DNA of 64,000 nucleotides. Origin: an uncultured archaeon. GTDB lineage: Archaea; Asgardarchaeota; Heimdallarchaeia; Heimdallarchaeales; Kariarchaeaceae. Position 1 is the stretch's first letter. Every line of letters starts with the position of its first letter. The position numbers were made by a program, and so were the translations under genes. The notes beneath the pieces were generated by a model. It saw nothing but the letters and a program-made list of their open reading frames with translations. It ran no database searches and had not been told where the DNA came from. This document shows positions 37,776 to 48,212 of this stretch, piece by piece. The stretch is taken from NCBI GenBank assembly GCA_964645535.1, contig CAZYCQ010000001.1:64001-128000 (forward strand), given 5' to 3'.

Positions 37776-40481
37776 TCAATTCTTCAGTAATTGTGCCAAA
37801 ACATAATTTAGGATGCCGCCATATTTGTAGTATTGTATCTCAATGTCAGTATCAAGTCTTGCTATGACATTGAATTCAACGGTATCTCCATTTTTCTTTC
37901 GTGCAACTACACGCAACTTCTTTTTGGGAACCAAACCGGATTCGATGTCAAGAATGTCAAATTCTTCAGTTCCATCAAGACCGAGTTCTCTCCATCCTTG
38001 ACCTTCTTCAAATTGCAAGGGAAGAACACCCATTCCAATCAGATTGCTTCGATGTATCCTTTCAATTGATTTGAAGAAAACTGCTTTGATACCTAGTAAT
38101 GCAGGTCCTTTGGCAGCCCAATCACGGGAAGAACCAACACCATATTGCTTTGCACCAAGTACAAGGACAGGGGTGCCACTTTCGATGTACTTCCGGGAAG
38201 CATCAAAAGTTGTCATAGTTTCGCCAGTAGGAACGTATTGGGTCCACCATCCCTCTTTTCCAGGTACTAGTTGGTTTTTGACTCTAACATTGGCAAAGGT
38301 TCCACGCATCATTACTTCATGATTACCTCTTCGGGAGCCATAAGTGTTGAAATCTTTTTTCTGGACACCATTTTTTATCAGATACTGACCTGCGGGGCTT
38401 TCTTCAGCGATGGCTCCTGCCGGAGAGATATGGTCTGTGGAAATCTTGTCGTCCAATAGTTCAAGCACCCTTGCACCAACAATATTTTTGGGATCTTCGG
38501 GAGTAAGAGTGAAGTTTTCGAAGAAGGGAGGATTGCGGATATAGGTGGATTTTGGATCCCATTCAAACAAGGTGCTTTTAGGAGCATCAAGGGCTTGCCA
38601 TCTAAAATCACCCAACATGATCCGAGAATAGTGTTTTGTAAACATTTCAGGTTTGATGCCTTCTTCAATCGCTTTTTTGATTTCCTCCTGAGTTGGCCAA
38701 ATGTCCTTGAGAAAAACATCATGACCATCTTTTGATTTGCCTATTGGTTCATTGAGCAGGTCGATGTCAGTCCTTCCAGCTAGAGCATAGACTACAACCA
38801 GCATGGGGGATGCCAAAAAATTACCTCTGGTAAGTGGAGAAACTCGTCCGGCGAAATTCCGGTTACCACTTAGTACAGAGGTCACATAGAGATCCCCATC
38901 CTTGATTGCAGCTTCAATCTGAGGAAGTAAGGGACCAGAGTTTCCTATGCATGTTGTACAACCATAACCAACGGTGTAGAAACCCAATTGATCCAAATAC
39001 TTTTGTAGATCTAGCTGATTCATGTATTCAGTCACTACGAGCGATCCTGGCGCAAAGCTAGTTTTCACGTAAGGGGGTGTCTCCAATCCAAGTTCCACGG
39101 CCTTCTTTGCAACAAGACCTGCACCAACCATGACAGATGGATTTGACGTATTTGTACAACTGGTAATCGCAGCAATCACAACACTACCGTCTTTAAGCTC
39201 TGCCTCTTTGCCATCAACTTCTATTTTCCGACTCCTGATTTCAGCATCTTTGGATCGTTGGGAGATATAGGCTTCTTGAAATTCCATGGCTCTCCATTTT
39301 GCTTCCTTCAGTGAGACTCTTTCTTCAGGGTTCAGGGGACCTGCAATGGATGGTTCAACAGTGGACATATCCAACTCCAGATAATCAGAATACACTGGAT
39401 CAGGAGATTCATCAGTTCGGAATATATTGGCAGCCTTGGCAAATTCTCTTACGAATTCAATGTGCTCTTCATCCCGCCCAGTCAATCGGAGATAGGAAAG
39501 AGTGGTTTCATCTATTGGGAAGAACCCCATGGTTGCACCATATTCAGGAGCCATATTGGAAATAGTTGCACGATCAGGCAGTGAAAGTTGGGAGAGACCA
39601 GGACCATAAAACTCGACGAATTTTCCGACAACGCCCTTCTTTCTCAACATTTCAGTGACGGTAAGAACAAGATCTGTCGCAGTGGCTCCTTCAGGAAGTT
39701 TACCGGTCAATTTGAAGCCGACAACTTCTGGGAGAAGCATGTAATATGGCTGACCTAACATTACCGCCTCAGCTTCAATGCCACCTACACCCCATCCCAT
39801 AACCCCCAAACCATTGATCATGGTGGTGTGACTGTCAGTGCCGACCAAAGTATCGATAATGGCAGTTTTCTGGCCATCTTTCTCTCTAATATCTGCCACT
39901 TTTGCTAAATATTCAAGATTGACCTGATGAATGATTCCAGAACCGGGAGGAACTACCTGAAAATCCTTGAAGGCTTTCTGGGCCCATTTTATCAGAGTAT
40001 ATCGTTCCTTATTTCGTCCATATTCCATTTCAAGGTTAATATCCAAAGAATCAGGTCTCCCATATGCATCCACCTGAACTGAATGATCTATGACCAAGTC
40101 AGTAGGAATAAGGGGATTAATTTTTTCAGGATCACCACCATTATTATGCATGGCTTCTCTCATTGCGGCAAGATCTACAATCAGAGGAACACCGGTAAAG
40201 TCTTGGAGAACGACACGAGCAGGCATATAAGGAATTTCCTTTTGACCAGTTCCATTTGGCCAATTTGCGACACTCATCACATCCTCAAGGGTAATGAGCT
40301 TCCCATCATAATTTCTCAAGACGTTTTCAAGGAGCACACGAATTGAAAAAGGAAGTTTTTCTACCTCTAAGCCCTTTTGGATAAGAGAATCCAACACGAA
40401 CATATAGGCTTCCTTTGATCCAAGTTTCTTTTGAACTTTGGATCCAAAGATGTCCTCTTCCGTTATTTGTTGCATGGTCAA
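37776..40481 (-). CDS. acnA: Aconitate hydratase A
   Basis: QDFTGVP, DLVIDHSVQVD, GTDSHTTM, ITSCTNTSN, GYGCTTCIGNSG, DHISPAG, GSSRDWAAKG. Confidence 0.97.
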   Translation of the reverse strand: MTMQQITEEDIFGSKVQKKLGSKEAYMFVLDSLIQKGLEVEKLPFSIRVLLENVLRNYDGKLITLEDVMSVANWPNGTGQKEIPYMPARVVLQDFTGVPLIVDLAAMREAMHNNGGDPEKINPLIPTDLVIDHSVQVDAYGRPDSLDINLEMEYGRNKERYTLIKWAQKAFKDFQVVPPGSGIIHQVNLEYLAKVADIREKDGQKTAIIDTLVGTDSHTTMINGLGVMGWGVGGIEAEAVMLGQPYYMLLPEVVGFKLTGKLPEGATATDLVLTVTEMLRKKGVVGKFVEFYGPGLSQLSLPDRATISNMAPEYGATMGFFPIDETTLSYLRLTGRDEEHIEFVREFAKAANIFRTDESPDPVYSDYLELDMSTVEPSIAGPLNPEERVSLKEAKWRAMEFQEAYISQRSKDAEIRSRKIEVDGKEAELKDGSVVIAAITSCTNTSNPSVMVGAGLVAKKAVELGLETPPYVKTSFAPGSLVVTEYMNQLDLQKYLDQLGFYTVGYGCTTCIGNSGPLLPQIEAAIKDGDLYVTSVLSGNRNFAGRVSPLTRGNFLASPMLVVVYALAGRTDIDLLNEPIGKSKDGHDVFLKDIWPTQEEIKKAIEEGIKPEMFTKHYSRIMLGDFRWQALDAPKSTLFEWDPKSTYIRNPPFFENFTLTPEDPKNIVGARVLELLDDKISTDHISPAGAIAEESPAGQYLIKNGVQKKDFNTYGSRRGNHEVMMRGTFANVRVKNQLVPGKEGWWTQYVPTGETMTTFDASRKYIESGTPVLVLGAKQYGVGSSRDWAAKGPALLGIKAVFFKSIERIHRSNLIGMGVLPLQFEEGQGWRELGLDGTEEFDILDIESGLVPKKKLRVVARKKNGDTVEFNVIARLDTDIEIQYYKYGGILNYVLAQLLKN

Positions 40482-40616
40482 ATAATTGATATTCTTGTTA
40501 TAATGTTTGGGAATGACACACTAGATTTTCCACACCTTTATATCTGAAACTCGATCAATCAAAGGAAAGACACCTAAAAGAGAATATTAATTATTGTTGA
40601 ATTCCGTTCAAAGGTA

Positions 40617-41036
40617 TTGATGACCATAATTGAACATCAAGAAATCTGGAATTCCCAACTCTTGATGAAAATCATCATCGGATTGATTTCGTTGTTTCTG
40701 TATTTGGTGAGCTTTTTTGTGTTTGAGGTAATAAGGATTGGAAAGGGTATGTTTGATGCAAAAATCGTAGTTGATTTTCTTGGGATTCTCATAGCGACTT
40801 TTGCGGCCTTTGCCATGATGCGGGTGGACAATCTTTCAAGATTACCACTTGGTTTACTTGTTTTGATCATGGCAATGGTAATTACAGGTACTGCGGATCT
40901 GGTTTTAAATACAGTTGACCCGAATCGAGAAGGAGTAAGACCTTGGATTGAATCGTATAGAATTGCAATTGTGCTTTTTGTGATCCTTGTTGGCAGCCTT
41001 ATTGGAAAAAGAACAGCAAAAACGCAACAGAATTAA
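40617..41036 (+). CDS. Hypothetical four-TM membrane protein
   Basis: Four hydrophobic segments; start uncertain. Confidence 0.65.
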   Translation: MMTIIEHQEIWNSQLLMKIIIGLISLFLYLVSFFVFEVIRIGKGMFDAKIVVDFLGILIATFAAFAMMRVDNLSRLPLGLLVLIMAMVITGTADLVLNTVDPNREGVRPWIESYRIAIVLFVILVGSLIGKRTAKTQQN

Positions 41037-41350
41037 TATTCCATGTCTTCCAATTCCAACATTAATTCCCCTACCTTCATCAAGAGCATGTGCTCCTCAT
41101 TGCTTAAATGATTGTCTTCCAAGGCAGTTGCATAGGCATTTTCCCATATTCTTTCTCTTGTCAAGAATAGAAAATGCTTGTCACCCTCATCAAAAGATCC
41201 TTCTTCATTGATTTTGGTAAGGAGAATAAAATATCTTTCAAGCCCTTCCATTACACTTTGGATGACATTCATTTCCTCTTCAGTCAGCTCATTGTCCTGC
41301 AAGGCTGTTTCTTTCAACTCATTCCAAGCTCGCTGGAGGATGTGCTCCAC
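41033..41350 (-). CDS. Small acidic helical repeat protein, likely paralog of 36370-36717
   Basis: ALQDNELTEEE, EEGSFDEGD, ALEDNHLSNEE at similar spacing. Confidence 0.65.
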   Translation of the reverse strand: MEHILQRAWNELKETALQDNELTEEEMNVIQSVMEGLERYFILLTKINEEGSFDEGDKHFLFLTRERIWENAYATALEDNHLSNEEHMLLMKVGELMLELEDMEY

Positions 41351-41502
41351 AACATATACCGGTCAAATCTCAATTATAACCTTTCATAATTTTGAGATTG
41401 GTTGTTTTTTTGTTGCGCAAATTTCTTCTGAATGGGTATTCTGTTTTTTTCGCTAAATAAATTGTGTGCAAGGAAAACTTAGCCCAAGGATTATTTTTTT
41501 GA

Positions 41503-42717
41503 ATGGCAACAGGATTAGAGTTTATGTCACTACGAAAGGAAGCTGAAGAAATCAAACCGAAGCTTGTGGAAATTAGAAGGCAAATTCATATGTACCCGGA
41601 ACCAGGATTCGAAGAACACAAAACCTCAAAGTTCATTCAAGAAAAACTAAGGGAATTGGGGCTGGAACCAAAAGTTTGGGCAAAAACAGGAATTACTGCG
41701 GTGATAGAAGGAGGCCAAGGTAAAGGTAAAACAGTCCTGCTCCGTGCGGATATCGATGCCCTTCCAGTTCAAGAAGCAAATGATGTGCCATACAAATCAA
41801 GAAATGAAGGATTTTCACATGCATGCGGACATGATGCACATGTTGCATGCCTGTTGGGGGCTGCGGAACTGTTGCTCAAACATAAGGATGAATTCAGGGG
41901 AAAAGTCCTTTTGGTGTTCCAACCAGCTGAAGAAGGGCCAGGCGGTGCAAAACCAATGATTGAGGAAGGAGCAATTGGATCCCCTGAAAATCCAGATATC
42001 GACGCAGCAATGGCCCTTCATATCACAGCCATGGCAGATGTCGGTTTGATAGGGGTGACAGATGGATTACTTACTGCATCAGCAGATGAATTCTATGTGA
42101 CCATCAAGGGAAAAGGAGGACATGGAAGCGCACCACATATGGCTATTGACCCCATTTACATTGCAGGGCAAATTATTACAGGAATTCAGGGGTTCATTAC
42201 AAGAACAGTTGATCCAGTAGAGCACGTGGTGTTTACATGGGGGAAGGTTATCGGTGGAGAACGGCAGAATGTGATCAGTGAGACCTGCCGACTTGAAGGA
42301 ACTTTGAGAACACATAACAGAGAAGTCAGAAGTAAGCTTAAAGAGGAATTACCAAAATTCATTCAGTCGGTTGCAAAAACCTATGGAGGGAATGCGGAAG
42401 TTGAAGTGATTACAGGATATGATGTGGGAATCAATGACAAGAAACTCAATGATTCCATTAGGAGGGCGGTAAAGAAACATTATTCAGAGGATGTGATCAT
42501 TGATCGGGGGCCAATAATGGGCGCTGAAGACTTCTTCGAATTTGCCCTAGGAGGAAAAATACCGACATCAATGTTTTGGCTGTTCGCAGGGAATAAGGAA
42601 AAAGGATTTACACATGGAAACCACAGCAACTATTTCGATTTTGATGAAGATGCCTTGCCTATTGGAACTACCATTCTTGCTCAAGCGGCCATTGATTATC
42701 TGAATAATGAAGAATGA
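41503..42717 (+). CDS. M20D family amidohydrolase/carboxypeptidase
   Basis: RRQIHMYPE, LRADIDALP, HACGHDAH, FQPAEEG, GKGGHG, MGAEDF. Confidence 0.93.
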   Translation: MATGLEFMSLRKEAEEIKPKLVEIRRQIHMYPEPGFEEHKTSKFIQEKLRELGLEPKVWAKTGITAVIEGGQGKGKTVLLRADIDALPVQEANDVPYKSRNEGFSHACGHDAHVACLLGAAELLLKHKDEFRGKVLLVFQPAEEGPGGAKPMIEEGAIGSPENPDIDAAMALHITAMADVGLIGVTDGLLTASADEFYVTIKGKGGHGSAPHMAIDPIYIAGQIITGIQGFITRTVDPVEHVVFTWGKVIGGERQNVISETCRLEGTLRTHNREVRSKLKEELPKFIQSVAKTYGGNAEVEVITGYDVGINDKKLNDSIRRAVKKHYSEDVIIDRGPIMGAEDFFEFALGGKIPTSMFWLFAGNKEKGFTHGNHSNYFDFDEDALPIGTTILAQAAIDYLNNEE

Positions 42718-42762
42718 GCTAAGTGAAACTTTATCACATCTCAGTTCATTTTTAGAACAAGG

Positions 42763-43233
42763 ATGGTTGAGCTCGACAAAATTAAGTTTGTAACCATTAA
42801 ATACGTAACTGAAGAACAGGAGCTAGTTTACGAAGCAGTTAGGAGAGTGCTACCAGAACAGGTGGCAAAGTCCATAAGCCTAAAGAATTTTTCGAAGATG
42901 AGCGTTATTGGGCAGTACGGAGATCCCATGCTTCTTATTGAGCTCGTCATCAATAAAAAGCCGAAAGAAGTCATAAAACATATCTTTTCCAAACTCACCG
43001 AGACTGAAAAAAAACGTCTCTTACACGAATTCAACACGAGATTCGATCCTGAAACAACAACCTTCTTCTTTAGGTTAGATAAATTCTCTCCACTCAAAGA
43101 TGATCTTTATCTCAATGATGGATCTGATGTGATAAAAGTTGAGCTCAAGTTTAAGGTGTATGGAAAATTGGATCCTGAAAAGATAAAAGAAATACTCCAG
43201 TCGCTAATGGGTTTAGAGGAAGATGGAATATGA
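42763..43233 (+). CDS. Archaeal RNA-binding protein of the exosome/RNase P gene neighbourhood
   Basis: TE...V, GQYGDP, FFFRLDK, DVIKV pattern; upstream of rpp30-pop5. Confidence 0.75.
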   Translation: MVELDKIKFVTIKYVTEEQELVYEAVRRVLPEQVAKSISLKNFSKMSVIGQYGDPMLLIELVINKKPKEVIKHIFSKLTETEKKRLLHEFNTRFDPETTTFFFRLDKFSPLKDDLYLNDGSDVIKVELKFKVYGKLDPEKIKEILQSLMGLEEDGI

Positions 43234-43877
43234 GAGGGATTGAATGGAGCCCATTTGTATGGAAAAATCAACTCCATATAGCAGAAAAACTTGGGATAAC
43301 AGCCTGTGCAATAGAAGGAGACTTGCCAAAGAGAACCATACTTCATTGTTTTAGAAGGAAAACACTTTCAGAAATCAATGGAAAAGTTCAGAAAAAAAAT
43401 CTGAAAAAAACGGTTGCTGGTCTCAGGTCGGATTTTGATTGGGTTTCCATTGAGCCCTCTTCAATTAAAGTTCTGGTCGATGCAATTGCCTTTCCTCAGG
43501 TTGATGCAATCATGTTAACTGCATCGTCACCATTGAAATTGGCTCACCAAAAATACCTTGCTCTCCTTCGTGATCATTCAAAAATTCTTGAAATTGATTT
43601 GAATCCGTTTTTCTCATACAGGTCAAAGCAGAAAGAAATCACAAAGTTGCTCAAAATACTGAACCTAGTCCGTCAAAAACCGCCACAAGTAGTTTTTACG
43701 ATCTCAGATTCAAATCCTTTTTCATTTCGCAGATACAGAAATCTCCAATCGTTGGGAAATTCCCTAGGGATTGATATCAATTATTCATCACTTCGTCCGT
43801 TTATTGAAAACATTAAACGGAACAGGAAACGGAGAGAAGGAAAACTAATCTCAGGAGACATTGAGGTAGATAATTAA
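43230..43877 (+). CDS. rnp3: RNase P protein Rpp30 (divergent)
   Basis: VDAI, LEIDL, SDSNPFSFR pattern; conserved position before Pop5. Confidence 0.7.
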   Translation: MRGIEWSPFVWKNQLHIAEKLGITACAIEGDLPKRTILHCFRRKTLSEINGKVQKKNLKKTVAGLRSDFDWVSIEPSSIKVLVDAIAFPQVDAIMLTASSPLKLAHQKYLALLRDHSKILEIDLNPFFSYRSKQKEITKLLKILNLVRQKPPQVVFTISDSNPFSFRRYRNLQSLGNSLGIDINYSSLRPFIENIKRNRKRREGKLISGDIEVDN

Positions 43878-44209
43878 TGACTGTGAAAATTGATAAACGG
43901 AGATACCTCTTGGTGAGATTTCTAGGTAAAAAGCCAAAGAGAGAAGAGTTTGACAAGGAAATAAGAAAAATTGTACGGTATTTCTACGGTGAACTTACAC
44001 TGATTTGGAGCAACTTACACATTGTGGATGAATGGAATGACTTCTTCATCATTCGAACCAATCACAGGTATGTTGATCAAATAGAAGCCGCAATAACCAT
44101 TATGTGGTCTGAAGATTTTATTGCAGATATAATTTGTAAATCGGGAACTATAAAAGGACTCAAACGTAGATTCAAAAATTTATTTGAGACGGCGTCCGTG
44201 AGCTCGTAG
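43877..44209 (+). CDS. rnp2: RNase P protein Pop5
   Basis: KRRYLLV, YGE, IIRTNH, SGTIKGLKR. Confidence 0.85.
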   Translation: MTVKIDKRRYLLVRFLGKKPKREEFDKEIRKIVRYFYGELTLIWSNLHIVDEWNDFFIIRTNHRYVDQIEAAITIMWSEDFIADIICKSGTIKGLKRRFKNLFETASVSS

Positions 44210-44767
44210 ACTTGGTCTTGCTTTTTCAACACCACGACCTTTGCGGAACAGACCCCTTGATTTCTTCCCGGCAGCAGTAAGGCCTCGGTAAGTACGACCC
44301 TTGTGAACCTTCCGGTTGATCCAAGCAATTCTTTTGTCATTGACAATTGCAGGATGAACTGGATCCACCATGATAATTTCGAACCATTTGGATCGACCAT
44401 CTTGGCCTACCCAATAGGAGCCCAAAACTTCAAGATTAGGATATTTTCTTTGAGTTCTTGTTTCTGCGATCCATCTAAGGTTCCTTCCACTTGTTTTGTC
44501 AATTGCAAGGTTTACACCTCTGCTTCTCCCTCTATTTGGACGGGACATCCGTCGGGAACCCCTTCTCACCTTCGTCCTTACCACAACATACCCCGGTTTA
44601 GCCTTATAACCCAAGGCACGAGCACGATCAATTCTTAATGGACGTTCAACGCGTACAATCGTGTTTTGTCGTCTCCATTCAATCAGGCGTGGTTTTTGGA
44701 TTGCCTTGAATTCTGGTGTATTTCTTTTTCTCCAAAACATTCTGACATTTTTGTACAGATTAGTCAT
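44180..44767 (-). CDS. rpl15e: 50S ribosomal protein L15e
   Basis: WRRQNTIVRVERPLRIDRARALGYKAK, LEVLGSYWVGQDG, RGLTAAGKKSRGL. Confidence 0.97.
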   Translation of the reverse strand: MTNLYKNVRMFWRKRNTPEFKAIQKPRLIEWRRQNTIVRVERPLRIDRARALGYKAKPGYVVVRTKVRRGSRRMSRPNRGRSRGVNLAIDKTSGRNLRWIAETRTQRKYPNLEVLGSYWVGQDGRSKWFEIIMVDPVHPAIVNDKRIAWINRKVHKGRTYRGLTAAGKKSRGLFRKGRGVEKARPSLRAHGRRLK

Positions 44768-44855
44768 TGTTATCACTTCCCTGTGTCACATTACGATCAT
44801 TCACAGCAAATTTTCTCTAATTCATGAGAATTAAAAACTAGCGTTAGATTTCAGG

Positions 44856-46589
44856 TCAATAACTGTTGGTTCGGAATTCAGGAATCTTAAGTTGAGGGAT
44901 TTTTGTCAGATCAATTTCAAAAGCGGAAATCGGAACAATTATTCCATTATGTTCCAAGATTTCAATTTTCAGCTCTCCAATGATTCCAACTGGATTTCCG
45001 TTCACCAAAACTGAAGCAGACCTTCCAGGAATAAGGTAATTGCTTTCAGTTTCCACCAAGTCATATTCTATTCCTGTTAACCTGAAGACTGCATCAAGTA
45101 CCCTATGGGCAGTTTCAAAAGTTTCATCGGACCCCGCCAAGACAACGGCAGCCTTTGTAAGGGTGACAACATCTTCACCATCTCTGATAGCCACTTCACC
45201 TGTTTCAAACACGTGGTGAGGAAATGGAACTTCAGAATTCCTCTTTACAAAACGGATCAGGCCAGGAAGAAGATCGGGACGAAGGTATTCAAAGGTTGAG
45301 GTAACAGGATTTGTTAGACGGATGACATGCTTTCGCAGAAAATCATCATCCCTCAACACAGCATCGGTAATGGTTGCTCGATCAGTTAAATTGTAGTTCA
45401 TCACTTCCTGCAATCCACAGCCTACCAAAATTTCTCGGACAAGGTTTTCCTTTTGGGTGGAAACATGGAGCCCGCCTACTGTAAAGAGGTTGGCTGTTGA
45501 TGGACCTATTTTATTGTAATCTGCTGCAATTGCAACCTCTTCAGAAATATCCACCCAATGCATGATGTCATGTCGCCAAGGGCCATACAAAACAACCAAC
45601 TTGTCTTTGTTGGAACCGTTCCTGACATCATGACGTCTTTTCTTAATCAATTTCTTGATTTGTGTTTTGGTAAAACTAGTTCCCAAGTACTTGTTGATTT
45701 CCTTCACATCAACCTCGATTTCACCAGGGTCTTGAGGGGGATAAATCATTTCGGTAAAATCGTAACCTTCAGGATAGTGAACCTTGACTTGACCCACTTC
45801 AGCACCTCGATCTGCAAGGTTTTGAGCCAGAAGGGAAATGACAACCTTGACAGCTTCATGGTTGGTACCAGTGACCTCGACGAGGATATCAGTGGTTTCT
45901 TCAGTCACTCTTCCCACATCATTCGAGTTGATGATTGGAGGAAGAGAGAGAACTCCACCTTCTGCATCTACTAAAATTGGGACTTCATCAAAACCTGAAA
46001 TGATGTGCCCATATTCAATTCCTTTAGGATGTTTTTCCAGGATTTCCTCTATTGTCATCTCGGTTTCAAAACCCAGAGGAACAAATTTGAATGATTTAGG
46101 AACGGTTTTGTATTGGATGGGAGAGGTGATCATGTTGAGGTTATAGATGCCGATGGAAGTTCTTTTCCTTCTTCTTCCAAAGGAGAAGTCCACCTTATCT
46201 TGAACCTGTATCAGTTGCTTGATCAGGAAATCATTCAGCTTAAGTCCTTTAGCAACAACTGCCGCAACATATGGACGAATTGACTGAACACCTTTACTGA
46301 CTTCAATGGAATACCCGGAGTCAGGGAATTTTAACTTTGGGAGTCCAGGTTTATCTAGCAGTCCACGAATTTCACGTGCCAATCCTTCAGCACTCCAAAG
46401 ATCTGGACGGCTTGCAGTTTTGATGTCTATGGATATCTTGGTATGTCCGTTCTCATCTGGACCTTCAGGGTCTGAATCCACCTCTGCCTTTGCAAATGAT
46501 ACAAGGTCATCAAGTTCGGATGGAGACAGTGCCTGCTTCAGACCGAGAAGTCTTGAAAAATCTTCAATTGAGATATCGATTGTAACCAT
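44856..46589 (-). CDS. pheT: Phenylalanine--tRNA ligase beta subunit (archaeal/eukaryotic type)
   Basis: RPDLWSAEGLAR, LSLPPIINS, RHDIMHWVDISEEVAIA, LRPDLLPGL. Confidence 0.95.
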   Translation of the reverse strand: MVTIDISIEDFSRLLGLKQALSPSELDDLVSFAKAEVDSDPEGPDENGHTKISIDIKTASRPDLWSAEGLAREIRGLLDKPGLPKLKFPDSGYSIEVSKGVQSIRPYVAAVVAKGLKLNDFLIKQLIQVQDKVDFSFGRRRKRTSIGIYNLNMITSPIQYKTVPKSFKFVPLGFETEMTIEEILEKHPKGIEYGHIISGFDEVPILVDAEGGVLSLPPIINSNDVGRVTEETTDILVEVTGTNHEAVKVVISLLAQNLADRGAEVGQVKVHYPEGYDFTEMIYPPQDPGEIEVDVKEINKYLGTSFTKTQIKKLIKKRRHDVRNGSNKDKLVVLYGPWRHDIMHWVDISEEVAIAADYNKIGPSTANLFTVGGLHVSTQKENLVREILVGCGLQEVMNYNLTDRATITDAVLRDDDFLRKHVIRLTNPVTSTFEYLRPDLLPGLIRFVKRNSEVPFPHHVFETGEVAIRDGEDVVTLTKAAVVLAGSDETFETAHRVLDAVFRLTGIEYDLVETESNYLIPGRSASVLVNGNPVGIIGELKIEILEHNGIIVPISAFEIDLTKIPQLKIPEFRTNSY

Positions 46590-46590
46590 T

Positions 46591-48090
46591 TCATTCCACC
46601 TCTATTCCAGAGCTGACTTCTACATTCCGAAGCCAATTCAAGTCTTGCGAAAGTAATTCCCTGATGTCATTGATTTGGTTTTTGACCATGAACAACCTGT
46701 CAATTCCTAAACCCCACGCAATAACAGGATAATCGACCCCATAAGGTCTAACTACTTCCGGACGGAAAATTCCAGCTCCACCGAACTCGATTCTTCCCAA
46801 TACAGGATGTTTTGCGCTCAATTCAACCGAAGGGGAGGTGAAGGGATAATAATCCGGACGGAAATTCACTTCTGTGGCACCCGCGATGTCCTCTGCAAAA
46901 ACCTTCAGAATGCCGAGCAGATCCCGGAAGGTGATTGTAGGATCGCAAACAATACCCTCCACCTGATAGAATTCCACGCCATGTGTTGCGTCTATGTCAT
47001 CTGGACGGAAACATTTGGCAATTGAAAAGTATTTTTCCGGAGGATTGACTTTTCTTAAGGTTCGTGCAGAAATTGCGGTTCCTTGAGGTCGCAAAAGTAA
47101 ACGTGCAGCCTTTTTTGGATCCCATCTGTATTTGTAACCTCTCGAACCGGTAATCCAACCATCTTCATGTGTTTGTTTTACATTGTCCACAAATGCCTCA
47201 TTAGGAAGGTTACCATGTGTAGGGGAATCGATTAGGAAGATATCCGAATCTTCACGGGCCGGATGGTCTTGAGGGGCAAAAAGAGAATCAAAATTCCAGA
47301 ATTCCTGTTCAATGAGTGGCCCTTTCATCTCCTTGAAACCCAAGGCAATCAGTTTTTCCCTTAGGTGATCGTGGAAATGACGGTATGGATGGTATTTTCC
47401 TGGAAAAAGGGTTCGGGGTTTGCTTTTGATATTATAGGGTTTGAATTTTACCTTTTTCCATTTTCCGCTAATAATCATTTGAGGTGTGATCTGACTTACT
47501 TCCTCCTCCACTATTATCTCATATCTGTCAACAGGGACTGCGTTGACCTCCACAATATTGCGGATCTGTCTTTCCACAAGACCTCGTGAATGAAGGGTTT
47601 GAGCAATGGCTGGATCAACCTCTTTACCCTCTGCCACAAGTGAAAGTCCTGTCTGTAAATCATTTGAGACATCATCCACGAATGTTCCATCAGTTAGGGA
47701 AACCGTACCTTTTTCGATTTTAATCAGACCTGACTTTTTCAAAACGCCAATCCCTGCAGATAGATCGGGTTTGGAAAGTCCCAATGTTTTCCCAGCATCG
47801 GACATATGGAATGAACCAACCTTGGCTAAATGATTTGCAATTCTTCTTTCCACGAGACCCTGTTCCAAAGCCTCTCTCCCCCTGTCTGTCAGGGACAATG
47901 TTTCTTTTTCAATGACTTGCTTTTCTACGAGACCTTCTTTTGCGAGAAGCTCGACAAGAGAACTGACTTTACCCAATTCAAACCCAGTCTTCTCCGATAG
48001 CTGGTTCAGATTTGAGGTTCTTAGATTGAGAACCTCATCAAGTACTCGGGCTGCGTCAGGGGTTAATTTTACGCGCTGTTTTGACATCAT
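46591..48090 (-). CDS. pheS: Phenylalanine--tRNA ligase alpha subunit (archaeal/eukaryotic type)
   Basis: FWNFDSLFAPQDHPAR, FRPDDIDATHGVEFYQVEG, YPFTSPS, AWGLGIDRL. Confidence 0.96.
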   Translation of the reverse strand: MMSKQRVKLTPDAARVLDEVLNLRTSNLNQLSEKTGFELGKVSSLVELLAKEGLVEKQVIEKETLSLTDRGREALEQGLVERRIANHLAKVGSFHMSDAGKTLGLSKPDLSAGIGVLKKSGLIKIEKGTVSLTDGTFVDDVSNDLQTGLSLVAEGKEVDPAIAQTLHSRGLVERQIRNIVEVNAVPVDRYEIIVEEEVSQITPQMIISGKWKKVKFKPYNIKSKPRTLFPGKYHPYRHFHDHLREKLIALGFKEMKGPLIEQEFWNFDSLFAPQDHPAREDSDIFLIDSPTHGNLPNEAFVDNVKQTHEDGWITGSRGYKYRWDPKKAARLLLRPQGTAISARTLRKVNPPEKYFSIAKCFRPDDIDATHGVEFYQVEGIVCDPTITFRDLLGILKVFAEDIAGATEVNFRPDYYPFTSPSVELSAKHPVLGRIEFGGAGIFRPEVVRPYGVDYPVIAWGLGIDRLFMVKNQINDIRELLSQDLNWLRNVEVSSGIEVE

Positions 48091-48212
48091 GTTTCACTCC
48101 AGTATTTGTACTCTGACTCAATTTCGGTTGCTTGCGAATCTTTCTTTGATCGGATTTTATCTCAAAATAAATTCCAAGGCACCTAACCTCTTAATTGAAT
48201 TTTTCTGAGTTG

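Noticed and set aside
40482-40616. Iron-responsive-element-like hairpin upstream of aconitase A
   Set aside because: No CAGUG-loop stem found by eye
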